Below are positions 1 through 13,309 of a DNA stretch of 64,000 bases, piece after piece. The position numbers and the translations under genes were made by a program. Positions within the stretch are counted from its first letter, which is position 1; each line of letters begins with the position of its first letter. The stretch lies in contig CM052820.1 in NCBI GenBank assembly GCA_028534125.1, positions 1,488,001-1,552,000 on the forward strand, written 5' to 3'. The DNA comes from Lama glama (taxonomy: Eukaryota). The notes beneath the pieces were generated by a model. The model was not told the origin of the DNA, made no database searches, and worked only from the letters and a program-made list of their open reading frames with translations.

Positions 1-816
1 CATTTCACCGCTCCTGCAGAGTGCGTCCAGACCCGCGCTGTTGAAAACGGCTGGGCTTTCGTCGCTCAGAAGCTGCCCTGAGCAATAGATTAGTACCTGC
101 TGTCGGCAGCGGGGGAGCCGCAGAGGAGGGAGGCTGCGGGGCTACCGGCTGTGGCCGGGCTGGGGGTCCCTGGATCAGAATCACCGCCTGTCAGCTGGGG
201 CTTTACGCCTGCCCAGCCTCTGTGGCAGCTCCGGCTTTTGCCCTCGCTCTGCGGCCGTCCCAGCCCGAGGGCGAGTTCCTGCCCCAGCGTGGCAGCCCCT
301 GGCCCGGGGTGGGGGCCCTGGGGTGGGGGCCGGGAGCCAGCCTGGAGGGGCTCGTTTTCAGCCCCAGCCAGTCGGGGTGCAGTGGGCGCGGGGCTTTTAG
401 CTTTGATGTAGAGGAAGGGACGGCAGCTTCTGGTCCCAGTCAGATGAGGGACCGTGTGTCGACAGTGATGCGCTCCTTTGCAGACCTTCGCGGTGTGTGT
501 TCACGGAACATTTCTTTTGGGGCAGGTGTCGCTGAACTGAGGTCGGTGAGCTCTCTTCATGAGGTCATCTTCTTCCCTTGGGCTTGTATGAGTGAGGAGA
601 TGGGGTGTGTGGGCCTGTTTAGGGAGCGGGGTGGTCTCTGAGGCTTCTCTGACACACTTTTTACTCATTTCCTGAGAGGGAGGCCCAGGGCCCCACGCAG
701 GTTGCCTCCACAGTGCCCTCTGTGGAGCCGCGGGGTCGGATCGGCGTCTGCATCAGCAGACATGGAACCAGAACGGTTCTCCTCTCTCCTGGTGAGGAGC
801 TCGTGGTACTAGTCCC

Positions 817-1025
817 CTTGACCCTTGAAGAACATGGGTTTGAACGGTGCAGGTCCACCTATATGTGGATTTTCCTTAATAAATACCATAATATTTATTG
901 AAACACTACTAATCTGTGGTTGATTGAATCTGGGACGTGGAACCGTGGATACAGAGGGCTCACTGTAAAGTTACAAGCGGATCTTCAGCTGTGTGCGGGG
1001 TCGGCGCCCCTAACCCCCAGGCTGT
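817..1025. mobile_element. Tigger2-like (TcMar-Tigger) non-autonomous DNA transposon
   Basis: Starts TTGACCCTTGAAGAACATGGGTTTGAAC..GGTCCACCTATATGTGGATTTT and ends ..GGGGTCGGCGCCCCTAACCCCC, resembling recalled Tigger2a/MER8-type termini. A second copy lies at 39871-40103 in the opposite orientation. Confidence 0.8.
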
Positions 1026-1729
1026 GACTGAAACACAGACCAGTAGCGACCACTGAGTGAGCGCCTGCATGGGGCCACGTGCCGTTGTTAAGTACTGCCA
1101 TGTGTGTCCCACTTCTCTCTCCCTGCAGCCTTGGGAGGGGGCTGCTGCATCCATCTTGCAGAGGAGGAACGTGGGGGTAGACGGGAGGATGCGGCATCTG
1201 GTACCCCGGCTGTGTTAAGTCCCGAGTGCTGCTTCCCTCCCTTCCCTGCCTCTGCTTCTGGGCCACCGATGGTTGGTCCTGAAGCTGAAGTTGAGCGTTG
1301 TCGAGGTGTTGGGGAGGGCGTAGCCTCTTTGAGAAGAGGAACAGTTGGGTGTTGGGTGTTGGATGTTGGGTGTTGCTGGAGCTGTCATAGATGACGCCAT
1401 GTTTCGGTATGGTCTGGGAAACCCTTCTGGCTTTTTCATGCTGTCTTCTGTCCTGTGTGAGGCGTGGCGGGACTGGAAAGGGACCTAATAGTCATGCCGG
1501 CTGGCAGTTGCTGCATCCGTGCCTGGATCTTCTTCCGAGGGTGCCTGAGAGCGGGTGAGGGTGGTCAGGGCGCCTGGTGCTCCACATCCACTTCAGCCAG
1601 AGCAGTGGGGCCTTCTCTTTTTGTTTGGAGGATTACCTTGGTAGAAAGCATTCAGTCAGAACCAGGACCAGAAACTTTGAAAAACTGCTGGTTTAATCCA
1701 TTCTTATTATAATACGAGCTGGAAACTTT

Positions 1730-2640
1730 ACAGAGAAAAATGCTGACAGATTTAACAGGTTAAGAATTAAAGAAAATTCTCTTTGTCAAAAGACTCCATA
1801 AGTGAAGTTAAGAGACAGAGAAAACAAATTTTTGTGTAATGCATTATGCCTACATAAGCTTAATAATCAACATGTAAAGAGCTTTTACAAACCAATAAGA
1901 AAAGGATGAGCATCCCGACTGCATGGTGAGCAAAGCACCTAAGTCTGCAAATCTCAGCGGCTAGTGATAAAAGAGACTTCACTTCAGCAGCGACAACAAA
2001 ATGTAGCTGCAAGAGTTTATTGATGCCACCACATCAGCACAGGTTCCGTCTGATGACACCCATTGGTGGTAATAATAATAATTCTTACCTTACATGGTTT
2101 TTGTGAAATTTGAAGAAGTTAATATATGGAAAGTGCTTAGAACACAGCCTGGCACATGGTGAGCACAATGCAAGTTTCGGCCGTTGTTAATTATGATTTA
2201 ATTACTCTTGAGAAAAGGTTTCTGTGTCAGGCTTTAACATGGTCATTCCTTTTGCCCCAGCAAAGCTGCTTCCTGGGATTTATTCTCGGGAGGGGACAGG
2301 ACAAGCACGCGGCTGTCCAGGCGGCTGGAGGGTGCTGCCGCCGCCTTGCTTGCAGGGGTGATACTTATTCACTACATTTTGGTATTTTCGTCCTGTGGAA
2401 ATCTACACATAGGCCACCAGTCAGCAGAAGTGTGCGGTGTGTTGGTGAAAACAGCAGGTGCTGAGGGGTGGCCAGGGGACCCGTGCCTTCTGTTTTGTAA
2501 GTGCTTGGGTCTCTAAAATGATAGTGGTGACTGTCCGGAGGGTCAGAAAAGTGCGCCGTGAGGGGCTTCCAGTGTCCTTCTACTTATGCTGGTATTGTAC
2601 CCATTGTTCTGTAAGCATATATGACTTTTTAATAGTAAAA
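1730..2640 (+). mobile_element. Old L1 (L1ME-like) ORF2 3' end/3'UTR fragment, interrupted by a MIR
   Basis: A-rich, with L1-like phrases (TCAAAAGACTCCATAAG, AAAGAGCTTTTACAAACCAATAAGAAAAG, TTCCTGGGATTTATTCT). Boundaries approximate. Confidence 0.6.
2068..2195 (+). mobile_element. MIR SINE 3' portion
   Basis: TAATATATGGAAAGTGCTTAGAACACAGCCTGGCACATGGTGAGCAC matches the MIR 3' consensus. Confidence 0.8.
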
Positions 2641-2914
2641 CTTCTTTTAAAAAAAGGTCTGCTGTTTCCATTGGGGGAAATGTACTCTTCAACTCCATAA
2701 TTTATAAAAGAGGGGGACTAAGTTCTTGGCAAGTTACATGGTTAACGTTAGAAGCATTGAGGGGATTTGTTCCTCTGACTCTTGTAAGCTGTCCGAGGCT
2801 GTGTTGGCCTTCTGGGGCTGGGGGGCTCTGGCCGAGATTGTGCTGCGAATGGTACCCAAGCGATCTTGACCCATCACTTCCTTGCGCGAAACCTTGTCCT
2901 GGCTTCCCTCTGTT

Positions 2915-3340
2915 CTTAGGCTCCTGGAAGGCCTGCCTGATCCTGGCCTTTGTTCTGCTTGCCTCGTCTGATAGCACCTGTTCTGGGCACTCAGCTTCAG
3001 CCCCCTGTCTGGTTTGCTTCCTCGCTCTCTGTAAGCCCCCTTAGGCCCCAGGGCCTTTGCACACACTGTTCCCATCTCTTGGAACTACCTCTTTTCATCC
3101 CCCTCTTCTCTGACCCCTCGATGCAAGCTCATCTTTTGGCCCCTGTGAAACGTGGCCTCACATCCTTTTTACTCCTTCCTAGCAGGATCTGCTTGTGTAA
3201 TTTCAGTAGCTCGTTGCGACATTAGTGGCTTAATGTCCCTTCTCTTACTAGTGGGGGCCCCATGGGGTTGAGGGGTTGAGGGCCTGAGGGCCTCATGCCC
3301 GCTTTGTGCCCAGTGCCTGGCAGTGAACGAACGAATGAAG
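2915..3340 (+). mobile_element. L2 LINE 3' fragment
   Basis: GGCCTTTGCACACACTGTTCCC..CTTGGAAC and terminal CAGTGCCTGGCAGTGAACGAACGAATGAA are typical of L2 3' ends. Confidence 0.6.
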
Positions 3341-4339
3341 GAGTGGCCGATGCACGGCATGGTGAAGGCCCTGGGTGGGGAGCCTGGATGGGGCCTGGTC
3401 CTCCGGCCTCACGGCGCCTTCTGTGTTAAAGCCTGTGCTCTGGAATGGTCTGTTTCCTTTCCGCCTCAATCTGGGAACTTCTTGGTTCTGATTTTGGAGA
3501 TTACATGCTTTTAAGTAGATGCCGTAAATACAAGTGAAGTGGATTTTGTGATGCAGAGAGGAATGAGAGAAGAAGGGCCTTAAACACCCAGCTGTCAAGT
3601 GGCAAATGGGGCCGTGTGTGCAGCCCAGCGAGCGTGCAGGCTTGTCCTCGGCCGGATGGCCTGGGGCACCCGTGTTCCAGGTGGCCAGCCGCTGCTTTTG
3701 TTAAAGGCACTTTCCCGTTTGTTTCAAATTGGAATTAATGGTGTTACTTAATCATTTCTTATTTAACCTCATGATTTTGAGATGATCCTTAATCTGGTCT
3801 CGTCAGTAAACATCTTGGAGTCAGCTGTGCTTAAAAATGTGAATGTCTGGCTGTGTGAGTTCACTGTCGTTTATGAAGCACTCTGTCCGCGTGGGTCAAG
3901 CGCCTTTGCTGGATTGATGCTGGAGCCTGGAACAGTAAACCAGTCCTTACGGCCTGGAGGCCTGAGCCAGCCGTCCGAGCGGGAGAGTTGCTCAGGCTGC
4001 GGGTGGAGTTGTGTGTGCTCTTGGGGGTGACGGTCAGCTGGTGTATGCGGTGCTGTTTGCTGGAGGGGGTCTTTTTCAAACTTGGGAAGAGAAGTTTTTC
4101 TGACTCCACGCCCCCTCCCCACACTGTCCCCCACCCCTTGGGGGTGAGAGAAGTGGTAATGGTGGTTGGGAGTGTGTTTCTTAAAAGTTTCTAATTGATC
4201 AGTTATAATTTTGCAAATACTCAGCCTGCACCTGACCACATACGAAGATTTGCATGCGGGGCGGGGGCTGGGGGGCAGGGAGGGGAGCTGAACAAATGCT
4301 GCTGCTTGGGAGTACTCAGAGGCAGGTCCTGTGACGCCG

Positions 4340-4830
4340 GGCCTCTGCCCACAGGGGGCTTAGACGTCGGCGGGGACGGGGTGGGGGGGGCGCGGGGGGG
4401 GGGAGGTAACCACACACAGGTGCGCCAGGCCTGGGAGGCTGGGGGTCGGTGGAGGAGGGGCCCAGATGAGGGAAGACGGGAGGGTGGCTGGGAACCCAGC
4501 GTCGGCGGGCTGCCGCCAGGGGGAAAGGCCGGATGGTGGCCCGGCCTCGAGGGCTCGGAGGCCGGAGCGCGTGAGGAGGGCTGAGCTGGGCACGCAGGCG
4601 GCTTGCGGCTCCGCGCACGCGCCGTGTGCCCGCGCCGCCCAGCCTCGCCACTGTTGTCTCCCTCGGGGTGCCACGCCCGGCTGCCTCGGGGCCTGCGTGG
4701 CAGAGGCAGCGTGGCGAGGGGGCGCGCACCCGGTGCCCCCGCCCGTAGCCCGGCAGCCCCTCCCCGGAGTACGTGCTGGGAGCGTGGCGCCGTCACCCTG
4801 GCTCCACACTGCAAGGGGGCGGGAGGTCCG
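4340..4830. promoter_or_regulatory. CpG-island-like GC-rich segment with G-runs
   Basis: Dense CpGs (GCGCACGCGCCG, GGCGCGCACCCGG). G-tracts at 4372-4403. Octamer ATTTGCAT at 4248-4255 just upstream. Confidence 0.45.
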
Positions 4831-7800
4831 GGGCCACATCCTCAGGTGGGGTGGCTTCCATCCTTCATGCAGCTGGTGTGACCGAGAGCTGTCTTGTAGA
4901 TCTGGGACTCCTTAGAGAGGCTGGCAGGGTTGGGAATGTTCTGGAAGGGACCTGGGCCAGCTTCTCATCCAGCCACACTGGCTTTACACATCAGGAGTCA
5001 AAAACTGATTCTGCGCCCCCCTTGGCCCCTGCAGGGGCTTTCCCGGGGCCACTGTGTGTTTGGGGCCTCCCCCACGCAGGTCCGCAGCAGGTCCGCAGTA
5101 CGTGGTGAAGGGCGCGGAGCAAGTCCGTGGGGCTGTGGGTCTTCTGGGTTGATGCTTGAGGTCCCCTCCAAACTGAGGTTCCAGCCCCACAAGGGCTAAG
5201 AGGTTAGCAGGTCCTGATGAGCTGCCCCCTCCCCCCCCGGGGCTGTGGACACGGGGACTGGGGGACGTGTCCACCGGGCCTGTGGTTGATCAGTGAAAGT
5301 GAAGAGTATAGCCACTCTCCGGGCTGTGGCTCCCGGCCCTCATGGACCTTTTATGAGAGTCGTAAAGGAGTGGTCGGGAAGCAGTATAGTGGATCACAGC
5401 CCTCTCTGCTGTAAAATTTATGTAAGATTTTGCACTGAAAAGGTCACAGTAGGTGGTTTCAGTCCTGGTTCTTTGGAAAACCTTCCTTTGCCAGCACAAG
5501 GGCTGTGGCGTAATTCTGTCCTGGCCCCTCCCCCCAGCTGGAGGGATTTGAAGGCCGCGTCACTGGGGCACTTAAGTGCCCACTTCTGTCTGCTCCAGAG
5601 TACCTTTCCCTCTGATATGTTTTCCTTTCACTTTTCTGGTTAGGGTCCGGCCAGTTTTGCAGCAGCCTGAGTGCATCCCCCAGCCGTCAGCTTTGATGGC
5701 AGTTGGCCTGCAACACCCTCACTGTCCTTCCCGTGGAAACTCCTAGAAACGTGGGCCAGGCCAGGGCAGCGGCCTCCTTTGCCCCCAGCAGCCCCAGCCT
5801 CGGGCCCCTAGTGGAGGAACCTCTAGCTCGTCTCGCAGGGCTGATGGAGAGTTGCCCTTTTGGGACTTGGAGTTAACAGACGTTAGTGTAAAATGCTCCC
5901 CCGAAATCCTTCCCTGACCAGGAATGTCTTTCTGTGTCCGAGTGGATCGTGTTCTTCCAAATGTGGGTTGCATTTTGCCGAAGCTATTATTTTCAGGATT
6001 CCTCTGATTCCGGAGAGGACGGAGCTGGAAGAGCAGAGAGGCACGCAGTGGGACCCGCCCTCGTTTCAGATGCTTTCGCTGTGGCTCCTCGGAGGGCTCC
6101 TTCAGGGTGTGGGCCTCGCCGTCTGACTTGTGCATGTGCCCATTCTGCCTGTCGTGGTGTGACTGGCCTGCCATGTCCAGGAGGGGTTTCCGCAGACGGA
6201 GATGTTTTGCTTTCCCTGGCTCGGGGGTGCTGAGGACAGAACATGGATGTTGAGTCAAGCCTGGGTTGAGACCTCAGTCTCACTGTGACCTCACCCGGTG
6301 GGTGTCACCTCGTCTCTGCCAGGCGGATGTCCTGTGTGGAGCACGGGAGACGGGCTCCTCCCTGTAGCCAACGGGAGGCCGACGGGGTGGAGGGCCCATG
6401 AGCCTCTCCCTGAGGCTAGGCTTCTGTCCCCACCTCTGCAGACGGGTCTCAGGTGGGATGTTGTCTGCAAGGGGAGCGCTGGTGACTGGGCTCTGATGCC
6501 TGTTACATAACTGCCGGTCTCCGTGAGGCCCCGTGCCAGCCCAGGGCATCTCTGCCTGCGTCTGCCGAAGTCACGGTGGGGTGAGCGCCTCCTCAAAGGA
6601 CCTCAGTCACATTCGAGAGCAAGCTGTCTGTCTTTGTCCCTGCAGGCACTTTTGCTTAGCTCACAGAGACCCTGTTCTGGAAAGCGCAGCAGCTCCCCTT
6701 AGACTGTGCGTGGGCCGCGTCATCTCCGAGGGCGCCGCCGTGCGTGCTAAGCACCCGGCACGCAGAGCCTGCCCGGGCGGCGGCTGTCCTGCTGCCCTTG
6801 GGCCTGGGCAGCAGGGCGCTTCGTCCCCGCCCTCAGGGCGGCCCCTGACCTGGGGTGATGGACGCTTCACGCTGTCTTGCTGTCCGTGCTGCCCGGAGCA
6901 GGGAGCTGTCCAGGGATGGCACGATTCGTGTCATGTGCTCATTTCCGCTTGTCATTGTTGTCCAGCAAGCAGCAGCAGGAGTCTTGCCTGCTGCTGGCCT
7001 TGGAAGGCGGCTCCACATGGCAGCTGTGGCTCGAGGGAACCGTGTGGCCCGAGTGCTCAGGCCCTGGGTGGAGACGTGGGGACGGCTCCTCGTGCAGGGG
7101 GAAGGGGCAGTGAGGCTTGACAGGCAGGAGAGGCTGGGTGCTCTGGCACCCACGGGCACAGCCCTCCACAGAGGGGCCCTGTGCCCGTGTGTGCAGTGGG
7201 CGGTGGCTGTGGTGTAGGGTCAGGTAGCCGCTGGTGGACGGGTGGTGTCCTCCCTGGGACTGGGACCTGCGCTTTCACAGGGTGTCTTTGTGAGTAGCTC
7301 TCCATCAGAAAGGACCTCTCCGCGGCAGGCTGAGGGAGCCCTGTGCCCTGCGGGGAACTGACTGACTTGCTTTCTGGGGACGCGCAGGTGAGGGAAGGGT
7401 TCAGGCAGGGCTTGGTCCCACTCCTCTGCAGCATCAAGATCTTGTTCCTTTCCCGTTTTGGGAGAGTCCGCTTCTTGGTCCTAAAATGGCCCTGCCAGCT
7501 GCTTTCAGGGCTACACCCGTGCTGATTCCTTCCCACCAGGACAGACAGCATCTTCGTCTCAGCAGAACATCCTGGATTCACTTGCTGGGTCTGGGTTAGG
7601 TCACTTGTCACTTTGGCCAGGGGTATGGAATGCGCTCACTGGCTCAGCCTCTGCCCGAAGCTGGCTGGGGAGTCAGCTTCCCTCATAGGGATGTCGCTGC
7701 TGGCAGGAACCAGGGGACAGCATCCTCCTCAGGGCTCCTTGCTCCCTGCAGCCCCAGCAGCAGCTCCAGAGCGGCCTTCCGTGTGGGCCCCCTGTGCGTG

Positions 7801-8484
7801 GTGCCATGCTGAACGTCTCAGAACGTTTCACAGACCTCGTCTCCCGGGATCGTGTAGCAGCCCTTTCGAGGGAAGGATGGTCCCTGTTTACAGAGGAGGA
7901 AGGGCTCAGCAGGGCCTGGAAGTGAGGCTGTGGCAGAGCCAACGTGGCAGCGGGCGTGGACCCCCAGCCTCCTTGTCTCCTCCTTCCTGGGGGTGCCCCG
8001 GCCCTGGAGGTCAGGACAGCTGACCAGCTGGCAGGGTGGGTAGAGGGAATGGACGGTCATCGGGAAGGTTCCTCTAGTCTCTACCTCCAATGGCCGCCTG
8101 TCTGGATGCTGACAGTCTCCTGGAGCGGCCCTTAGAGTGGGGACAGTGGAGCCACCAGATGGCAGGGACTGGGCCTTCCAATGCCTGCACGTGCTTCTGG
8201 CTGACTGATCCACTGCCCTCAGGGCCCTGCTCCCAGGCAGCCCGAGAGGACCACCGCAGTTGTCTGAGGATGTTCTGGGGTGGGGGTGAGCCCACGCCGG
8301 CTCTCCTGCTCCAGGCAGAGGGGGACAGATCCCAAGTGCAGGGCCTGCCGGCTGACGCGTGGCCCACGCCTGCGGTCCCAGGAGCCCCGCTGACCACATC
8401 TGCCTGTGTGCAGCGGGCGGGGGGTCGGGCGCATGGGCTTGACGATCTGGACTTCACAGCCCCGCAGCGTGTGCGTGGTCAGCT

Positions 8485-8580
8485 CTGCAGCCTCCCTGTG
8501 CCTCGGTCTTCTCATCTGCAGGGTGGGCACAAGAATTTCTGCCCCTGAGGACTGTTGTGGGATCAGGTGCGGTAAGGAGA
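8485..8580 (+). mobile_element. MIR core fragment
   Basis: CCTCCCTGTGCCTCGGTCTTCTCATCTGCAGGGTGGG resembles the MIR core CTCTCTGTGCCTCAGTTTCCTCATCTGTAAAATGGG. Confidence 0.6.
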
Positions 8581-9024
8581 TTGGTGGCCCAGCTCCCAGG
8601 GCTGCCGTGCGGCACGAGAGGGAGAGACACCGTTGCCCTGGCTTAGGTTCCCATACCCTGGGCTGGGGATTACCCCCGCCCCCTCCCCGTCCTGTGGTGT
8701 CTCTTAGTGCCGGTCACTGGGCTGTGATTAGGGACTCTGTTAGTCCTCAGCACCCATGGCTTGGGTCCCCTTACTTCCTCCCCGCCCATGGTGGACACTA
8801 ACACTGGCACAGGTGGCTTGATGGCAGGGGCTGGGGTGGAGCTGGGCGGCGGCTCTGAGCCTGCACCTGTGTGCACGGTAAGCTGCCCACCCCCAGGTGG
8901 GAAGCACGGGCCTTGCTCTGGGATGCGCTTCTGGATCAGAAGCCCGGAGTGGTGGGGGACTTGGTGTTTTGGAAAGGGGCCTGGGTGCGTGTCCTGGTGC
9001 AGCCGTGCCCAACCTGTTGTGTGG

Positions 9025-9110
9025 CATTTATCCGCCCTCCGCGGCCTCGGTTTCCTGTTCTGTACAGTCAGAACAGAGACCCCTGACCTGGCCGCGTTGT
9101 GAACATCATG
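9025..9110 (+). mobile_element. MIR core fragment (GC-drifted)
   Basis: GGCCTCGGTTTCCTGTTCTGTACAGT..GTTGTGAACATCA resembles the MIR core. Confidence 0.5.
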
Positions 9111-9626
9111 TGACATCACGACAGCTAGGGGTGCAGGCCTGGCAGCCACGGTTCTATCACTGTGCTGGCCGCTGTCCCCTCCCAGGTGTGGAAGGTGTCC
9201 CAGCCAGGGCGAGAGGCGGAGAAACTCAGACCTGTCCCCCTCCCGCCCCACTCCCCCGCCGCTGGGTTTTACTAGGGGAGGTGGCGCCTTTCACCGAGGT
9301 GGGAGGTGGAGGCTCTCCCGGGCATCGCGTAGGTGTCGCTGGCCCTGTGGTCCTTGCTGGGCAGAGCACAGCTGGGCGGTTTAAGGAACCAGCAGCCAGA
9401 GGGCGGAACTGAGGCTGGAGGTGCCCTGGGCCTGGGTGGGCAGGGACGTGTCCCTGCCCCTTGCGAGCCCCTGCGGGCCGCCCCGTGCCGTGGGCGGGAC
9501 AGCTGCAGCGGGCGACCTCATCTGAGCCATTTGTTACCCGTGCCCTCCTCTCCCCCTTCTTCAGCTCATGGTTAAGTTCTGGGATGTGCAGCCTTGGCGA
9601 GTGCACCCTCTGCTGCACACACGCCC

Positions 9627-9672
9627 TGTGCGCGCGCATGCACGCACACGCACACGCACACGCACGCACATG
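9627..9672. repeat. Alternating purine-pyrimidine (CG/CA) tract
   Basis: TGTGCGCGCGCATGCACGCACACGCACACGCACACGCACGCACATG, uninterrupted alternation over 46 bp. Confidence 0.9.
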
Positions 9673-12409
9673 GACGAGCACACTCAGGAGCAGCTGCGAA
9701 CTGTGCAGGTCGGCCCCTCCCGCGATTCCTGCCAGGCTGACCTGAGCCCTCCCCTCTGGCCGCCCACCACTTAATGAGGAACAGCGGCGCTTCTGATGAC
9801 GGTTGGGGCGATGCAGTTCTCTCTCCACGAAGTGCAATTCTCACCCAGTTCTCTCCCCAGTTCCTCTCCCCTGAGGGTAGATACTTGGTTTTTCAGCCCT
9901 GGTGAGTTGGGCTTTCTCAGGCACGGGAGTTGGAGGACTGTCCCAGCAGAGGTCTGGGGGCTTGGTCGGATGGAGATGGCTGAGGCCTGCCCTCCTGCGG
10001 GCCCCGGGACGGGCTTCTCCCGCCTCCGGACCCTCAGGGCTGATTGTCATCGACGTCGAGCGGTGGTCCTGGAACTGCTGTGTCCCGCGGCCTCCTGAAG
10101 GCACCAGCTCTCTCGTGTTACAGGCGACTTGTCAGGGTCCAGGGCTCAGACTGCCCTGGAGGCGTGTCTGGAGTTCCCAGGGAAGCGGCAGCGTGGGGCT
10201 TCGGCCTGCAGGGCGGCCAGACACCCAGGCCCAGGCCCTGCGGCCTCCCTGGGCGCCCCGGGTCCTGCGCCCTCAGGCCTGCATCCTCTTCCGAGCCCTG
10301 CCATGGAGGGCCCTTCCTCCTCCACAGCCCTCGAGGAGGCGGCAGCAGACCTGCGTCCCGTGGCTCCTTCTGGGGCCAGCCCGTCCCACCTGGCTCCGGT
10401 GGTGACCCCCCTTCCCTGTCTCAAGTCTTTACTCATGGAGCAGTGACCAGTCTCACTCCGTGCTCTCACAGTGTTTGGCCCCAGTGTGGGTGGCCTTGAC
10501 CTGCAATGACGTGGTCAGCACTGCATCTGATCGTGGCTCTGAACCTCAAGCGTGGTGGCCTCGGAAGTGCTCCCCAGGGACCCTCCTGCTGTCCTTCCAC
10601 CTCTGCACCACGCTCTGGCCATGGCAGCCTATGTCATCTCCTGGTCAGGCGCTCCTGCCCGATGGCCCTGTGTCTAGAATAAAACTTAGGGCATTTGCCT
10701 CACCGGCAGGTGGTTCAGCATTTGGTCCGCGTCCCTCCATCACTTGTGTCCTCTGGCCTGTTTCCTGGGCATTCCCGCCCCAGGCTTCAATTCCTGCCTG
10801 AGACAGGGCCTTGCTTGGGGTCCAGGGCAGCGGCAGGAGACCTAGCTGCCTCTGGGGGGTGAGGGGCGGCTGGATGGCTCCTGTCCGTTTCAGTGGCAAA
10901 GGAAAGTGTCATCACTTCCTTAGAGTCTCTGATCCTGAGTCTCGCGTCTCCCGACCGTGTCCCCTTCCTGCGTCGCACTGAGTAGCGGAGGAAGCACCGT
11001 GGGGGTCTCTGGGTCCTGCTGTCATGCTGTCCCTTAGAAGTCCCCAGGGCCGGCATCCCTAGCAGTGGGGCCAGCGTGTGCGTATTCTTTTCTGCCGTGG
11101 AGGTGAGGCCCCGCTCCTGAGCCGTGCTGCTGCCGGGAGCTGCAGCCCCTTCTCAGAGGCTCGGGTCGAGACTTCAGAGGACAGACAGGTGGTGTCCGCG
11201 ACCACCCTCTCCTGTGGTCCTTCCCCGCCCTCCAGCGCCCACCTGAGGGGGCCGGGCTATGCAGAGCTCTCAGCTGGAGCCTCCTTTCCTCCAGTCCTTG
11301 CCTCCCCCCACCCCCCAGAGATCTGCCGGCCCCCGGCTGCTTGCCGGGTGTGCTGAGCGTGAGGTCATCTCCACAGGCCACGACGTGAGCGGGGTTGGGG
11401 TTGGGAGGCCTTGGACTAGGGGAAGCTGAGGGTCGGGGTTTCCCTAAGGCCTGGAGTAGAGCTTTCAGCTGGGGAGAGGGCTTTCTCCCACAGCGCGAGG
11501 GGCCTCGGGCCTGGAAGCACCCCAGTCCCACGGGAGACCGAGTGCCCAGCCCAGGCGCCTGTGCTGGTGAGGGAGAATCAGGGATCGGGGAAGGCCGTCC
11601 TGTCTCCGGCCCCGGTGCCCCCTGGGCTGGCCCGCCTGCCCATGGGCGCCGTACTGGGAGTTTTATTTAGCTGTCGCACTGTGAGGACTCTCTCCTGGTG
11701 CGGGTTTCAGTGCCCGTTGGCCGTTTACAGGGGTGGGCTGAGCCCTTGGAATTGAGACAGCCGACCCACCTGTTCCTCATGATGCCGGGTCACTGTTTCT
11801 TACTTCCCTGTGAGAGGGTCGTCCTCAGAAATGCTGTTCTGCATACCACTTTTGAGAGTTCTGGAATCTTTTAAGCCCATCCAGGTCCCAGGTTAAAACT
11901 CCTGCTACAAGGAGATGGGCCGGGCCCTGCGAGGTGGCGGGGTACGTGTGCTGCTCTTCTTGTCGCAGCGCTCACGGATTCTCGTTTGGCGAGGCGTGTG
12001 TGGGCCACATTCCGTCGCTCAGGATGACCATGTGTTCCCGCTCTGGGGGCCCTGGCGACTCGGGCCCCGCTGGCCTGTCTGCTGCTGTGTGGCCGCGGCC
12101 TCCTTGGTCCCAGTCGCGTTGCCTCTGCGTGACCAGCTGTTTCAGGTGCTCGTGGTCCCCGCCCAGAGCGCCACGTGCTGGATCAGGGCGCTGCGGGCAC
12201 GGCTGGCGTCTGGGAGGTGGGGCTGGCTTCACGGGGGACAGAGAGGAGCGCTTGCGATGGGCCATCAGGCTCGCTGTCGGTGTGGTGGGCTGAGAAAGAG
12301 CTGCTCTCAGTCGCTTCCCCCGTGGACTGTGCCCTCGCCGTGGATTCTCTGTGACTCCTGGAGAAGCCTGGTGCTAAGGCACCTGTTCTGCCTCGGTGGT
12401 TGAGAAACC

Positions 12410-12510
12410 AGCCCCTGCCCTGTCGCCCAGCCCCTGACCTGTTCCTGCCCTGAGCCCCTGTCCCTGCCCTGTCCCCTGTCCCCCGTCCCTGTCCCGGGCC
12501 CTGGCCCCGG
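12410..12510. repeat. Degenerate (CCCTGT/CCCTGC)n low-complexity repeat
   Basis: Repeated CCCTG units visible directly. Confidence 0.7.
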
Positions 12511-13309
12511 CCTGCCTTCCAGCACGTCTGTCCGCCCAGCCCAGCTCAGTCTCCTGGCAGCCGGCGTCACTCTCGTCCTGTCTAGTTCCTGACTCACAGA
12601 CGGGGAGGTTTGCTCACAAACTGCCAAACCTCAGAGTTGAAGTGTGGGTGACAAGGGTCCGCTTAGTGATTGTGCCCTTCGCAGGAAGAAACAGGCTCAG
12701 AGAGTGCAGGTCTCGGGGCTGGTGAGGGCAGCGAGGGCATCGCAGTGAAGATGGGCTTGGAGGTGGGGTGGGGGCACTGAAGCCAGTGCTGGAGGGGGCG
12801 GGGCCTCAGGAAATGGGCGTGTCTTCCCCGGGCGTTGGAAGACTGGCCAGACAGGCATGAAATCGGTGAGCTGGACACACAGGTAAAATGCCAAAATGTT
12901 AAAACAAACATGAATGTAACATGGATGTCTATGCAGCAGAATGGACGTTTCACCTGATTTCTTAGATAAAATGTAAGTTGTTACTGAAAGCTCCCACCTG
13001 GTGGTGTGGGCTGGCTTCCCCTGGTCTGGACCCACCCTCCTGGGAGAGCTCTGGGCTCGGTCTCCTGTCGTGGGGGCTCGGGGGAGGAGTCAGGAGCCCC
13101 CTGCCAGTGGCCCTCTGTGCTCCAGCTCGTGTTGGACCCGCAGAGAGCCCTGTGGCTCCAGGACAGAGCCAGCCCCTGGGTGACTGATCTGGGTCACGAC
13201 TGGGCGGTCCTACAGCCAGAGGAGCCAAGAGGTGTGTGGTGGGGACTGCTTTTCTCATGCTGCCTGAGAGTATGTTTCCAGTGTCATCAATACGAAGGGA
13301 ACAAAATTG

